Shown: piece after piece, positions 12,565 through 24,200 of the stretch
Layout: each line of letters begins with the position of its first letter
Numbering within the stretch: position 1 is the stretch's first letter
Source: Takakia lepidozioides
Taxonomy: Eukaryota; Plantae; Bryophyta
Direction: 5' to 3'
Assembly (NCBI GenBank): GCA_030704615.1
Contig: CM060732.1
Span: 39,928,001 to 39,992,000, forward strand
Length of the DNA: 64,000 nucleotides
Made by a program: the position numbers and the translations under genes
The notes under the pieces: model-generated
What the model was told of the DNA's origin: nothing
Databases searched by the model: none
Seen by the model: only the letters and a program-made list of their open reading frames with translations

Positions 12565-13644
12565 TTAGAACTTGAGCTGAGTTCTAAATTTAGGATCTCG
12601 ATTTTTCTTATGCCGCCAATTGAAGTCTGCTTCGTCTCCATCACTAGGGGACTTCCCATTGAGGGGGGATTGATTGATTCCAAGTAAAGTGCATGTTGGG
12701 TAAACTGGTGCCGAGCAAGTTGCCTTTGCCCCAGGACTCGGCGAAATCTTGAAGCAACTTCCTCCCTCGTTGCTCCGAAGTTCTGGGAAGAGCTGAGCTC
12801 TGTGCAGGGCCTCATGTGCCAGAGGGATGTTGTCTAGAATCATGCGATCCTTGAGAAAGCATGTTTGGTTTTTCCTTATCATCTTTGACTACAGAGGTTG
12901 CAACCTTAATGCAAGGGCCTTTGCTATAATTTTGTAGGTGGAGTTCAACAAAGTAATAGGGCGGTAGTTGGCCATATCCTCCCTATCTCCCTTCTTGAAA
13001 ATGTGAGTGACAAGTCCTTCAGAAATTTGTGATGGCATAATTTTCTTTTCAAGAATGTCATTGGCCATGAGCAGGTATTCTTCCCCGAGGGTATGCCACA
13101 TTGCTTTGAAGAGCTCTACAGGGAGGCCATCAAGGCCTGGAGATTTCTGGGATGCCGTGGATTCCACCGCTTTCCCCAGTTCCTCCATGGAGAACGGTTC
13201 AGCCAAAATTGCTTTGTCCCTTTGAGAGATTGCGCAGGGAATGTGCTACAGCAGGGTTGTTGTGGCCTGGTCTTTTAGGAGTGATGGATTTTGTTTTTGA
13301 AAGAGGTTTTTGAAGTAACCAGCGGCCACAGAAGCCATTGTCCTGGGATTGTCCACCAGCAGACCTGTGGCTAAATCTAGCAGGGCCGGAACAAGGGTTG
13401 CAGAACGCCTTTGAGCTGTTTTGGTGAAGAAGTATTTATTCATCTTTTCGCCTTTGAGTGACCAGTTGACTCCTGCCTTGATCCTCATGAACTCTTCTTT
13501 GGCATGCAACAGCAGGGACAAATTCTGTTTGGCAGTTTTGTATGAAAACATTGTGTAAGGGCCCTCATGTCCAGTCTGCAATTGATACTGGCAAACCTCC
13601 AGGCACTTCGTGAGGCCTCCTGTTAGAATCCTCCTGCTCAACAA
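12565..13644 (-). mobile_element. LINE (L1/Tx1-like) ORF2 fragment, disrupted
   Basis: WSLKGEKMNKYFF, KSPGLDGLPVELFK, KKGDREDMANYRPITLLNSTYKIIAKALALRL and NQTCFLKDRMILDNI are N-terminal RT motifs of non-LTR elements. The frame is split by in-frame stops. Confidence 0.9.
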
Positions 13645-13697
13645 GAGAATTCAAGCTTTGGTTTTGAAATTCTCTTGTTGGGTAGGCTGGTCAGTGA

Positions 13698-14033
13698 AGG
13701 CAGGTTCACAGAGCAAAAATCCGCCTGTCCCATCTAGCCATAGTGGTGGGCCCTCCGCACGTGTGGAGGGGGACGGACGGGACTTGCGATAGTACACACA
13801 TGACGCAACATATAAGTTTAGCAAGAGAAGCTCTCATAAAGAGCCCTCCGGCTAAACCCTACACACATGTGTTAGCCATGATAGCCAGGGAGAAGGAATG
13901 ACGGACAGCGGGAAGTACCTACAGTGGCCAGGCCGTCAGTCCCTTCCTCGCCGTCACGTTCCTCAAGGGTGGACCCCAGCCCGCCACACCCACCACACCC
14001 ATCCGGACGGATTTTTGCCGTGTGAAGTTGCCT
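13698..14033. mobile_element. PIF/Harbinger (Tourist-like) MITE
   Basis: TIR AGGCAGGTTCACAGAGCAAAAATCCG matches the reverse complement of the right end, AGGCAACTTCACACGGCAAAAATCCG. 3-bp TSD TGA at 13695-13697 and 14034-14036. Confidence 0.7.
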
Positions 14034-15212
14034 TGAGAAGTTGTTCATGGTTTCTCCTGTGCTACCACCTAATCTTTATAAATAAGAATTTATAAATGAA
14101 CTAAAATATCTTGGTACTGACTAGTAAAAGTGATGTTGTTAGCAACTTTGGAGGTCTTGTGATAAAATTGCCCTCTTTTTTGAAAGAACATGAGCAACTA
14201 GTCAACTAGTCCTTACAGGTTTAGAGCTTCGGTGTGACTTTCTACTGTTTTAGAGGAGTATTATCTGGCGCAATTTGGGTGCCAAGTGCCAATGCCATTC
14301 AGTATGAAGAATCAGCAGCCCAGGGCAGCCCCTGGCCAATTCTGCATACCAAATCCACAGTGGTCATGAGGGAAGCACAGAGAATGCTGGGAACATCGGC
14401 CCCAAGGGCTCATAATTGACTTCACATCTTCATTCTTGTCAAGGATTGAGGAAAAAGTAAAGACCCATTCATTGTGGAGATAGGCTGGACAGTGACGTGT
14501 ATTTCAAAGATCTTAGGGGGCGGGAATAAATCAGATATGCCTTCCATAGCTCCTTTGGATTACCCGGAATTCCAATGTTGCACTGTCGATAGCACTTTGA
14601 GCAACCCAGCTGCTGCACAATGATCATTGTCTCTCTGTCCCTAAAATCAACACCACTTCCATCTGCATAAATGCAGCTGGTACCCCATCTTACTGTAAGA
14701 CAGCTGAATCTAACTAGCAAACATGACAGGGTGTCTACCTTAAACTCTGATATTATGCATTACAAAGATACTCGAAGAGAGAACCAGACTCCACTGCTTC
14801 TTTCTAACAAAGGAAGTTGATAGACAGCAAAACAAGACTCTCATACCTCTGCAGCCTAACAGTAGCTACATAAATTCAACTCAGTTGTTGGAGGCTGTCT
14901 TTCCACTTTAACTTCTGCTTCTGCTGACGGCACCCTTATACCAGCTTCCATGCCTCTTAAGCATATATCAAAAGATGCAATGTTGTAAGTGTTCATTCAT
15001 GCCCAATCCAGTTCGCCTCTACATTTTCATATTCGTGTCATGAGTTCTAGAGTTGATGTTTTTGGACCAACAAGACCTGCAGGGCAAACTGTGATCGATG
15101 GTGATAAGCAACTCCAATAAAGGATAGGGTGGGTGCATGGGCCTAATCTAGTAAGGCATCAAGACCCTGTCCCTAGTTAGCAATCAGATTGATCCATGAA
15201 TGTTACATGAGA

Positions 15213-17372
15213 TCACACCACCAACCGATACGTAACATATCTGCCGGCAGTCTCACTAGGCCGAATTATTTTTACCACTTGGCCACGCTTAAGCCCATAG
15301 TACCGGGATACAGGGTCATTCTCCTGCATTCGCGGAAGCTGCAAAATGTAACGCACAACATGATGCTCAGAGGGAAGGAGAGAGATAGACCATGCCTGCT
15401 TCAGCCTTGTGGTCATTAACCTTCTTCCACCACAGTTGCAGCAGAAAGAAGGGTAGTGACAAGATATACTCAATAGCTCAAGTACGAGGGTATTTGTCAA
15501 GTTCTAATACCACCAAGCAGATTCACAAATTTCAGCAACTTGTCAAATGTAGAAGTGCAACACCAAACCAGATGCCCTTTGATGGGTGTGGCCAAAATGA
15601 TCATGTTGACCAATCCCCCTGTAGGATGCATCCCACCCCTCCAACCAAAGACAGGTGCAGTGACTTTCAAGCATCCTAAAGAGAGTGAAACAAAGCAGAC
15701 AGGTGAGAAGACCTGGGTCTCTTTTACGGTGTAGCGCTCCAACAGAGTCTTCTTCTCTTCGATAGTAAGAACCTGGTGCTCCGGCACAAGCACATGGTCC
15801 TTAATATTCACCAGCAATTCTGCCTCCTGCAAAATGTGATTCCACAGAATGTCGTTCTTTTCAAAAATTGTGCCCCATTGTAAGTTTGTTCATTTCACCC
15901 TTCCTTCACCATATAGGTATTAGATACGTATGGGTTTCCTCACAACCCTCTTATAGTAGGAGAGCTTTAGGAGGTGCCTAGAGCTTTATACGGATGATGC
16001 AGAGCTCGCAATGTAGGCAGTCTACGTGAAGCTCTGAGGTGTGGGTAACCTTGGTACCCAGGATTGGGTGGTCACATTCAGGGTATAGGTACAAGGGGAT
16101 AGAGTATGAATGGAGAATGAGTTGGTATCCAGTCCATCTAGAAACTCTATTCCAGCAGTACAGTTGATTAATTCCCTGCCAAATTTGACAACAGTGACTA
16201 TTGGATGGGACAATCAAAACACAAAACTGCCAACCAGGTGTTGAAGTAGACGCAACAAACACAATGCTGTAAGTGCCACACTACAATTCCAATTAACTAC
16301 CTGTGACCTAAAGAGTGAAAAAATCACCTGAAAGACCTCTAGATGGTACTTGCTGGACATTTCGCTCACGCATTGCTTAGCAAAGGGAGTGAGATTCTGC
16401 TGCACAACAAGGATTGCCCTGTGGACATTCTCCGCCTTCATGCGCTCTGCATATGTCTTGATCGTCTTGACCCCTACCTTGGCTTCTTCTGGAAAGAACA
16501 CGAATATCTGGCACACATCACAGTCTTAGCACATTTGAAAATAAATTAGGGTTTATCCAGTTACAGAATGAGGACGAGATGCTGATTCTCAACCAAACGC
16601 ATTTACTATACCAAAACATCTATCTTCGCCCTTTCCAAGGCTCTTTTGTGCCTTGTTAGCTGCTGAAAGAACAGGAGAACGTCTAGCTTTGAAAACCCAC
16701 CAACCTCCATGGAACGGTAGCTGCTTAGAATGCTTTTTCAAAGAGAGAAAACACCTAGTTGCGATGTACTTGAAATTAAGCTACACGATGCCTGATCGCC
16801 ATAGCGAGTGCGTCTAGGCAAAGAGAGCACATAGAAGTAACGAGCATAAATCTTCAGTCAGATGGAACCCTATAAGAAAGTATCTGAAGATAATTCGCCA
16901 CGGCACTACTCCGGTGGGGTTAACATGGGTGCCCACTTGGTATCACACAGCTGCCGAAACAACGGGTGTTATCCTGCAATTCACCAGTATAATTACGATT
17001 TCTTTCCTTCTCTCTTTCCACTGCATTCAAGCTCAAACTCTGATCTTGACCCCTCTGGCAAAACAGGCAGCTGCATATTTGGTATCTTTCAACCCTATCC
17101 CTCATAATCGTTATAAGACATTGCTGAAGAGAACGAAGACGCAAAGAGGGAGGCGCATGACGCACATGTTCCGCATTGTTGGACCGCCTAGGCTTCTGAA
17201 GGACAAGATCCTCACGCTTAGGCTCATCGCCATACTTCTCTCGGAACTCCTCCTTGGTGAAGGCCAGCTCGAAGTCAGCCACCACATAATCGCGGTCCCG
17301 CAGCATCTCCATCACCGTCCTGCGAATGCGGTACAGCCGCGTGCTCTGTTCGTCCAGCTGCTGGCTTGTCAT
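15213..17372 (-). CDS. RPB5: DNA-directed RNA polymerase common subunit RPB5; exons 17372-17166, 16507-16328, 15826-15713, 15338-15213
   Basis: [18 protein letters not shown]...[17 protein letters not shown]...[20 protein letters not shown]...[38 protein letters not shown]. Three phase-0 GT-AG introns. Confidence 0.97.
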
Positions 17373-18431
17373 CTTCCCCTCCTCCCACCACCCTCTCTCT
17401 CTTCCAATTCCGCAACCTTTCGTTCTACTCCACTACTCTTCCAATCGGCAGACAAAAGAGAAGGGACCCTACACTTTGTGGGTTCCTCTCTCTCTTCCCC
17501 GATTTGCACGAAAAGTCCAACCCTCTTGCGCTAAAGTTCGAAGCTGCGAGCAGGGTACGATAAACCTAAGGACCACCCCCTGTGAACGACTTGGGCTGCG
17601 CAGTGCTAAAAACTACACACTATCAAACACACAAACAAACAAAAGTGCAAACAATGCTTCGACAACCGAGTCTGTGACGGCAGCCTGGACCCACTCTAAC
17701 TCATCATATTTTCTGGTCATAAGAGTACATGGGCTTTTGTGGGTTTTCTTTTCTTTTCATTCGAGCTCCGAGAAAATTGGCAGTTGGCCAATGCAAATGG
17801 GGCAGACGTTGTCTTTCTAACTTGCACTCCAAGTGCAATTCGGTTGCAGTTCTTCCACGGAGACATTGTAAGAGACGGCTTGTTTTTAGGAGGTGGGTGT
17901 TTTTGGCACCACATGTATTTATGTGGTAAAGATGGCAGGTTCCCTGCTTTGTGCTGCATCCACTGAAGGATGCTGGCGCGCATGCAGCCATTTCGTGTGC
18001 AAAGTGTCTTCATTGGATCTTGAAAACTGTAGCAAAACTGTAGAGATGCAAAGATCATCGTACAAAAGGCCTTAGAAAAGTACCATCTGTCGCCACGCAT
18101 CCCGGCACAGCTCTCTAGATTACTTGCAGTGGGTCTTTTGGGTCATCTCATTTATGCACAAATGGGCCGTGCTACGGCTTGAGGGGTTTCAGATCAAAGT
18201 CGGCCCACGGAATTTGTGCGTGAGAGAATGATGTCCTGCGCTGGTCTCGAGGAATATGTCGCCAGTCTATTCTCGCATAGCTGTATGCCAGTTCTCTCTT
18301 CTTTCCCTTGCTTTGCGGTGCAAATGCAGGAGAAAATCATGTGAGGGGACTAGAGATGCCGGGCGGCTGATTATTCCATGAGATGTAGCACGGAGAGATT
18401 TGGTGTGGTCTATGCAGGACTTTGAAATAAG

Positions 18432-21212
18432 ATGTTGCTTATCGATGATATGAGGCGTCGGGAGAGACTGATAACAGCTGGACCAATTGGTCTTGCACCA
18501 GTATTGACCGACGAGGAGGTGGCTGCGACCGTGGAGAAAGTGGAAGAACTTCACGTATCTGAGACAGTTGAATCGAGGCAACGACCACGCTACACATGGT
18601 TGGACAAGCTTATATTCCAGAAAGGTCTTTCTCAAGAATGCACCCTGGTGAATGGTGGTGCAGTTGGAAAATCTTCCGAGTTGAAGCTTAATTTGCATGG
18701 AATGGAAAGCCAAAGCCAACACGAGTTTGGACACCATAATTCCAATCCGATTGTTGGAGGAAACGTCGGTCCTCTCCTTCCGACATGCCAGGGAGGAATT
18801 GGTACAGACGGGCATAAAATACTGGAGTCTGGGGTGATACTGAGCTCGTTCACAAGTATTTCTCGACTTCCAAGTGCAGAGTCTTGCACTAATTCGTCCC
18901 TTTATCACGCCACGCTTACGGACACGGACATTCCTCACCTGTGTCATAGAAACTTGGAGAAAGGAAGTGGCTATACGAATGGGCAGATTACTTCAAAGGT
19001 GGCACCAGGGTCAAAGACGATGACCGGGGGCTTCATATTGGATCTTTTCGGTATGGAGGACAGACAGTTGGTGCTCTTCGGTTCAAGGCAGAAAGTAGGG
19101 AGGAAGGGACAAAAGCCATGCTTCTTGAAAGGAGCTGCTGCGCAGCGATTGGCAGAGGAGACGAAGTACTCTTGGTATAATGGCCACTCAGATAGATCAG
19201 ATCCAGAGAAAGAGCGCCACCCCCCTGGCAAAGATTCTGCATGTCCAATTGTGTTGACTGATGAGGATAAGACTTTGGATCCAGACCCTCTACCGCAGAA
19301 TAGGAAGAATCTTCTTGGCGTGCAGTCAGCTGGGAGACGGCGAAGAAAGTTGGAACGTGGGGCGTGTGTAAGCATTTCTCCTCAGAAAGGAAGGGGTACA
19401 TTCGAGCGGTTGCCCAAAAAAATTAAAGGAACAAGGAAGAGGCAGAATCCTGATACTTCTCATTTACAAGTGGGTCCTCCATGCCCCAACATTATAGCAT
19501 CATCTGAAGTTGCATCGTCTATTTTGATCTCCAGTTACACAACCAAGTTGTGTCCAGAAAAATCTCATGAAAGACTTTGTAAAGTACTAAGGATCAGAGC
19601 TGCATTGCAGAGAGCGACTTAAAATTGTTTTGTCTGCGGTAGGTTGCAGGGCAGGCAAGAAAGAAACACAAAGTTACAGATTCGGGTACTTCTTCACATC
19701 CAAGTTTCCACCAAAGGTATGTCCATTTATCTGTAGATGTCTTCTGTTGAGTGTATATCTTAGCTCCTCATGACTTGGGACAAGTGAGTCCACCACATGG
19801 GCAAAAACTGAGGTGCTGAAACTTGAGCTAGGACATGAAGCATGCACTGTAATGTACATTCCAGTTGAGGAGTGTCCATAGAGTAGGTAGGCTCGACCTT
19901 GCACCATGATGCCTGCTACTCATGTATTTCCTCATTGATTCTTGCAGCTCTTGTGCTGTAAAGGGATTCAACATTGAGAGAAATGGTATGTTCTTTTACC
20001 TTCCAAGAGGCATTAGACTCACGCCTCTTGATTCTCTTGTTCACAAGGTTCTCTTTGGCTTGTATACTACATGCATGTAAGGATGATGGCTTTGTGGTTT
20101 GGGGTTTGAGAGGAAATCTTCTGGCCCATTCAGGGTTTTGCTAATCCTCCTTTATTACCTAAGCTCTTCTGTATGTCGGAGGTGTGGATGCAGAAGGAAT
20201 CCATCTCTTGAGCTGTAGTACAAATTTAAAAACATTACAGCACAGGTTCTTCAGATCCTTTAAGTGCTGCAGAGAGATGTTCCAAAGCTGATAGCATCAC
20301 TATTTGTGCGTTGAAGACATGTATAGCTTGATCAAGACATGGTTAACCAACTGATAAACTCAAGTGGTAAGAGGCTCTTGTGTGCACCAAATGAGTTACT
20401 TAACTTTAAAATTGCACAATTGTCAAGCAGGTGGGGTGCCAGAGCCAGGACTAGGCAAGGGTCCATCCACCCAAAAGACACTGGTTTCAGAACTAGCTTC
20501 TGATCATCCAGGGAGAAAGCCTCAAGACAGTTTGGTTAATATCACATATCATGTGTTTCTGCAAGCTGGAAAAGGTGGTCTCACAGCCAGGCAGGCTGCA
20601 TCTCATATTGAAAGTCGGGGGTTGACAGGTCTATTCCAAGGTTTGTCCAAACCCCGCATTAAAATTGGGAAAATCATTCGAAATAATCCCTACTATTTGA
20701 ATATGGGGGATGGCAAATACATCCTGTGTGAGGCAATAGTTGGAGTGACTCAGCCAGTGGGCAATCCACAGCCCCATCTCCAAGAAGAGGAAACTGCAGC
20801 TACCAAAACTAAAGAACAGGAAAAACCATCATTGACACCATTGGAGGCCAGAAAAGAAGCTGCTGCCGTTGCACGAAGAATTGGGACAGCTAGATACTGG
20901 GCAAGAGTGCGTGCAAACAGCACCAAAAAGGAGCAGCACAAGAAGCTGGGTGCAGGCCTGCACAAGGAGGCAGATGCAAACCCTATGGATGTTCGGGGAC
21001 TGCTGAGAGACAATCACATAGATGGACATCCTCAATCACAGGTGGAGTTGCAGAAGAATGTGGAAGGTCGGGTTGGAGTAACCTCTAAACCCCGACTGAA
21101 AGGCATGGTTAGAGAATCATGTGAGTGGACAGATGGGAAGAACTGGCAGTGCCCCTTGCTGGCCCCCTTAGGTTCTATCTTCTGTATACAACATCAACAA
21201 AGGATGAAGTAA
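18432..21212 (+). CDS. Uncharacterised nuclear protein with HARE-HTH (HB1/ASXL-type) domain and C-terminal WRC zinc finger; exon structure approximate
   Basis: Two long same-strand ORFs (18432-19622 and 20364-21212, AG acceptor near 20430). SLVNITYHVFLQAGKGGLTARQAASHIESRGL...YYLNMGDGKYIL resembles HARE-HTH. CEWTDGKNWQC-PLLAPLGSIF-CIQH fits WRC spacing C-x9-C-x10-C-x2-H. Basic NLS-like runs (GRRRRK, KKIKGTRKR). Confidence 0.7.
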
Positions 21213-24200
21213 CACTGGAAAATTCAAAGAGCTTTACATCACCGGTGGTGTAAATGTAGGAAATATGAGGAGACCATGGAAGCAGTTGGGAGTGGGGGCT
21301 GCGGTAGCTTGGTTGTTAGCGGAGGGAATGCCGAATACCAATGCTGGCAGGATGGGAGACACCACCGTAGTTTTGCAGCTTCCGAAACCCACTTGAGAGT
21401 TCAGATCATGCTAAAGTGAGGGGTTGGTAGTTTGATACGGCACTCTTAGGACCGGGAATTGTGCAGGGGTTTTCTGTAGCCCTTCATAACAAACTATGCA
21501 GCAAATCCAAGTTCGCTGGGTGGTTTGGACAAATGACATCATCTGTAGATCAAGATAAACAAAGTTGGGCATATTGCTCGCATGGAAATTTTCATTCAAC
21601 CCTGCTGTTTTAATGCCTTGCATTAATGCCTCTTACCTTCAACTATAGGAATACATTCCAGAGTATCAGGAAGTTGGCTAGAGTTGACATGATCTCTACC
21701 AGTGCTTACATCACACCCCTTCACCCTTGTTGTCCAATTTTTGTTCAAGTTGGTGTGTAGTCTCTGCAGTACTACACAGCCAGTTTGTGTACTACAGGTA
21801 ATGCATGGTCCCTCAATGCTCAGTCTTTCTGTTATTTTACATGTCACTATGCTTAAATGGCAGCTCTGTCCACAAGACTGAAGTTTTATATGGGATATCC
21901 ACAATATGAGGACATGCAATGTGGCACTGGTTGGAGAGTTGCAGCCAGGTGTTTGACCTCAAGTCGAACCACCGGAAGGTTAATTTTACTCTAAAGCTGT
22001 TCACAGGCTTGTCTGAAACGTTATGGTCTTGGTGGTCACTAGTTGATGAAAAAATGCTTGAGTTGCTGCAACCATCGTCCTCTTTTTACCCTGGAACTTT
22101 TGCTAAGTCATGGCTGGTTCCTTGAACAATAGGAATCAAACTGAAGACGAGGCTCCTGTGTTTCTCTCTTACTGCAGGAGAGAGGTGTGGAGAAGGCATC
22201 AGACGATCAGGAAGTTAACTGAGTTGACAGGGAATGAAAGTCCACCATGGTCCATCATATATGCAGATAACTACACGTGACTAGTTCGAAACATGTGCAT
22301 GATCCGTAAGCTACGGAACCTTCAATCTGATGATCTCTATGCAATGTGAAAGTAAATTTTCATTTTGCAGATTTGTAGCACATGGTGATTCGAAAATGAC
22401 AAGCTTTTAGACACGGATATATACTGAAGTTGATGGTATGAGCTGGATAATGAAGTGGCACAGTAGTTTCATTGACAGCCATGTGCATGTGCACAAATCC
22501 TCACTACACGAAACGATCCTGCATTGCTTTAAGACCGGCAACAATTTGTGGACTCTCCCGGCCGTCTAAATATCTGGAGATTGATGTTCATTGATCTGTG
22601 CACTGACAGCATCGATCTTAGTTTCTTTGCTTGGACGGAAATCAGCAATTTGTCGTCACCGCTTCAAGAGTTCAGACTTCAGACTCGCCAAAGCTCGACT
22701 TGCAGGACAGTCACGCATCATTAGAGATTAAAACCGCAAATGCAGGAGGATTTACTAGCAAGAAAACCAAGTTACATCAGGACGGGCAGCCACCATCGGT
22801 AGTTATTAGTACTTCATCTCAAGCCTCCATCGTCACCACTTTAATTCTGCTTTAATTCTTACTCTCATTCTGCAACATCACCCTACCTGCATGCTTGGCA
22901 GAGGAGTCAAATGCATTATCAAGACTCACATTCGCGTGCATTAGGTGGTACTAACGATACGCACAGTTGCATGAGAATACTCAGCCCAGTTTCTCCCACT
23001 TTAGATTGAAGAACCCACGTGTAGATAAAATTGAGATTGACTCTGGCTCCCCGATACATATTATCTACCTTCCAGGCCAGACTGTCTGCAGATCGAAGGT
23101 GATGGAGAGATGGGTCGGGGATGGGCTCTGTAGTCAGCTGAGGTGGGCACTGGTATCGAGGGATGCGTGATGGGCTCATAGCTAAAGTCTCCATCATCTC
23201 TGACACCATGTCTAGTGACCGTTGATGTCTAGATATTGGACCGCAAGATCAGCCCACATGTCTGCTATGACGTGGACATGTCTAGCATGATGGAGGGTAT
23301 GACCCTGCCAGAACGATGCAACAACGGAGGGGAGAAGCATCTTTCGTCGTTTGCTGTGTTGCAATTTGTGAGGGAAGGATACGAGAGAGATGGGAATCGA
23401 GAAGGAGTTGCTTCGTGCAGGGAATGGTGCCAAGCCCGCTCGTGGGCAGACGGTGACCGTGCAGTGTACTGGATATGGTAAGTGTACGATCTCTTTCATT
23501 CCCTCTTTGCGAGACTCGTGATTTTCAGGCATGGATGGAATTGAGAAGTGCGTTTGTGGGTTCCGGAAGGCATCGCACACATTGACCCTTATTACAGCAG
23601 TAGCGAGATATGGCTAGAGGAGCTCAATTAGTTGGGATACACTTTCGTGTCAATTTTCATCTCCGTTGCCCTGCGGTTTTGAGCTTCCCGAGAAACGGAG
23701 TAAGGCTCTCCGCTCGTTTCAAGATTTTTGGCCCGCTAAGCGTGTTAGAGATAAGAGGGTTTTAGACCAGCAAACAATTTGTGATCGAAGATCGCTAACA
23801 AAATGGCCTTGATAGATTGAAGAGGTTTCTTGCCCAAAGGCTATCTTGCTCGCCACTAGAAGCACTATGAAGATGGCCATTGCCCTCAACCGATCATGGC
23901 ACAAACCGACCTTTGGGATAAGAAGGTGATATGATGATATGATCATTCAACTTTTTGTTAAGGCACTCATGAGACTTCACCATGGCCTTGACAAAAAAGA
24001 GAACGAGAAAGAAAGACACTCCCACGGCCCCCAATAGAGAGAGTGGGAGCTGGTTTATACTTACAAAGCGTGCTATACCCTTACTCTAGTTCTTGAATTG
24101 TAAGCTTTAGACCTGATAATGGGGAACACAGTATGGATGTCCTGGCTTCAGTGGTGTCAGTTGTGGGGGTCGGAGTTCCCTTGTTCCCTTGTCATTTCTA

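Noticed and set aside
16914-17820. Plus-strand ORFs of 206 and 164 aa
   Set aside because: They are antisense shadows of RPB5 exon 1 and its promoter.
22900-23950. Cluster of short ORFs on both strands
   Set aside because: No recognisable motif or coherent exon chain.
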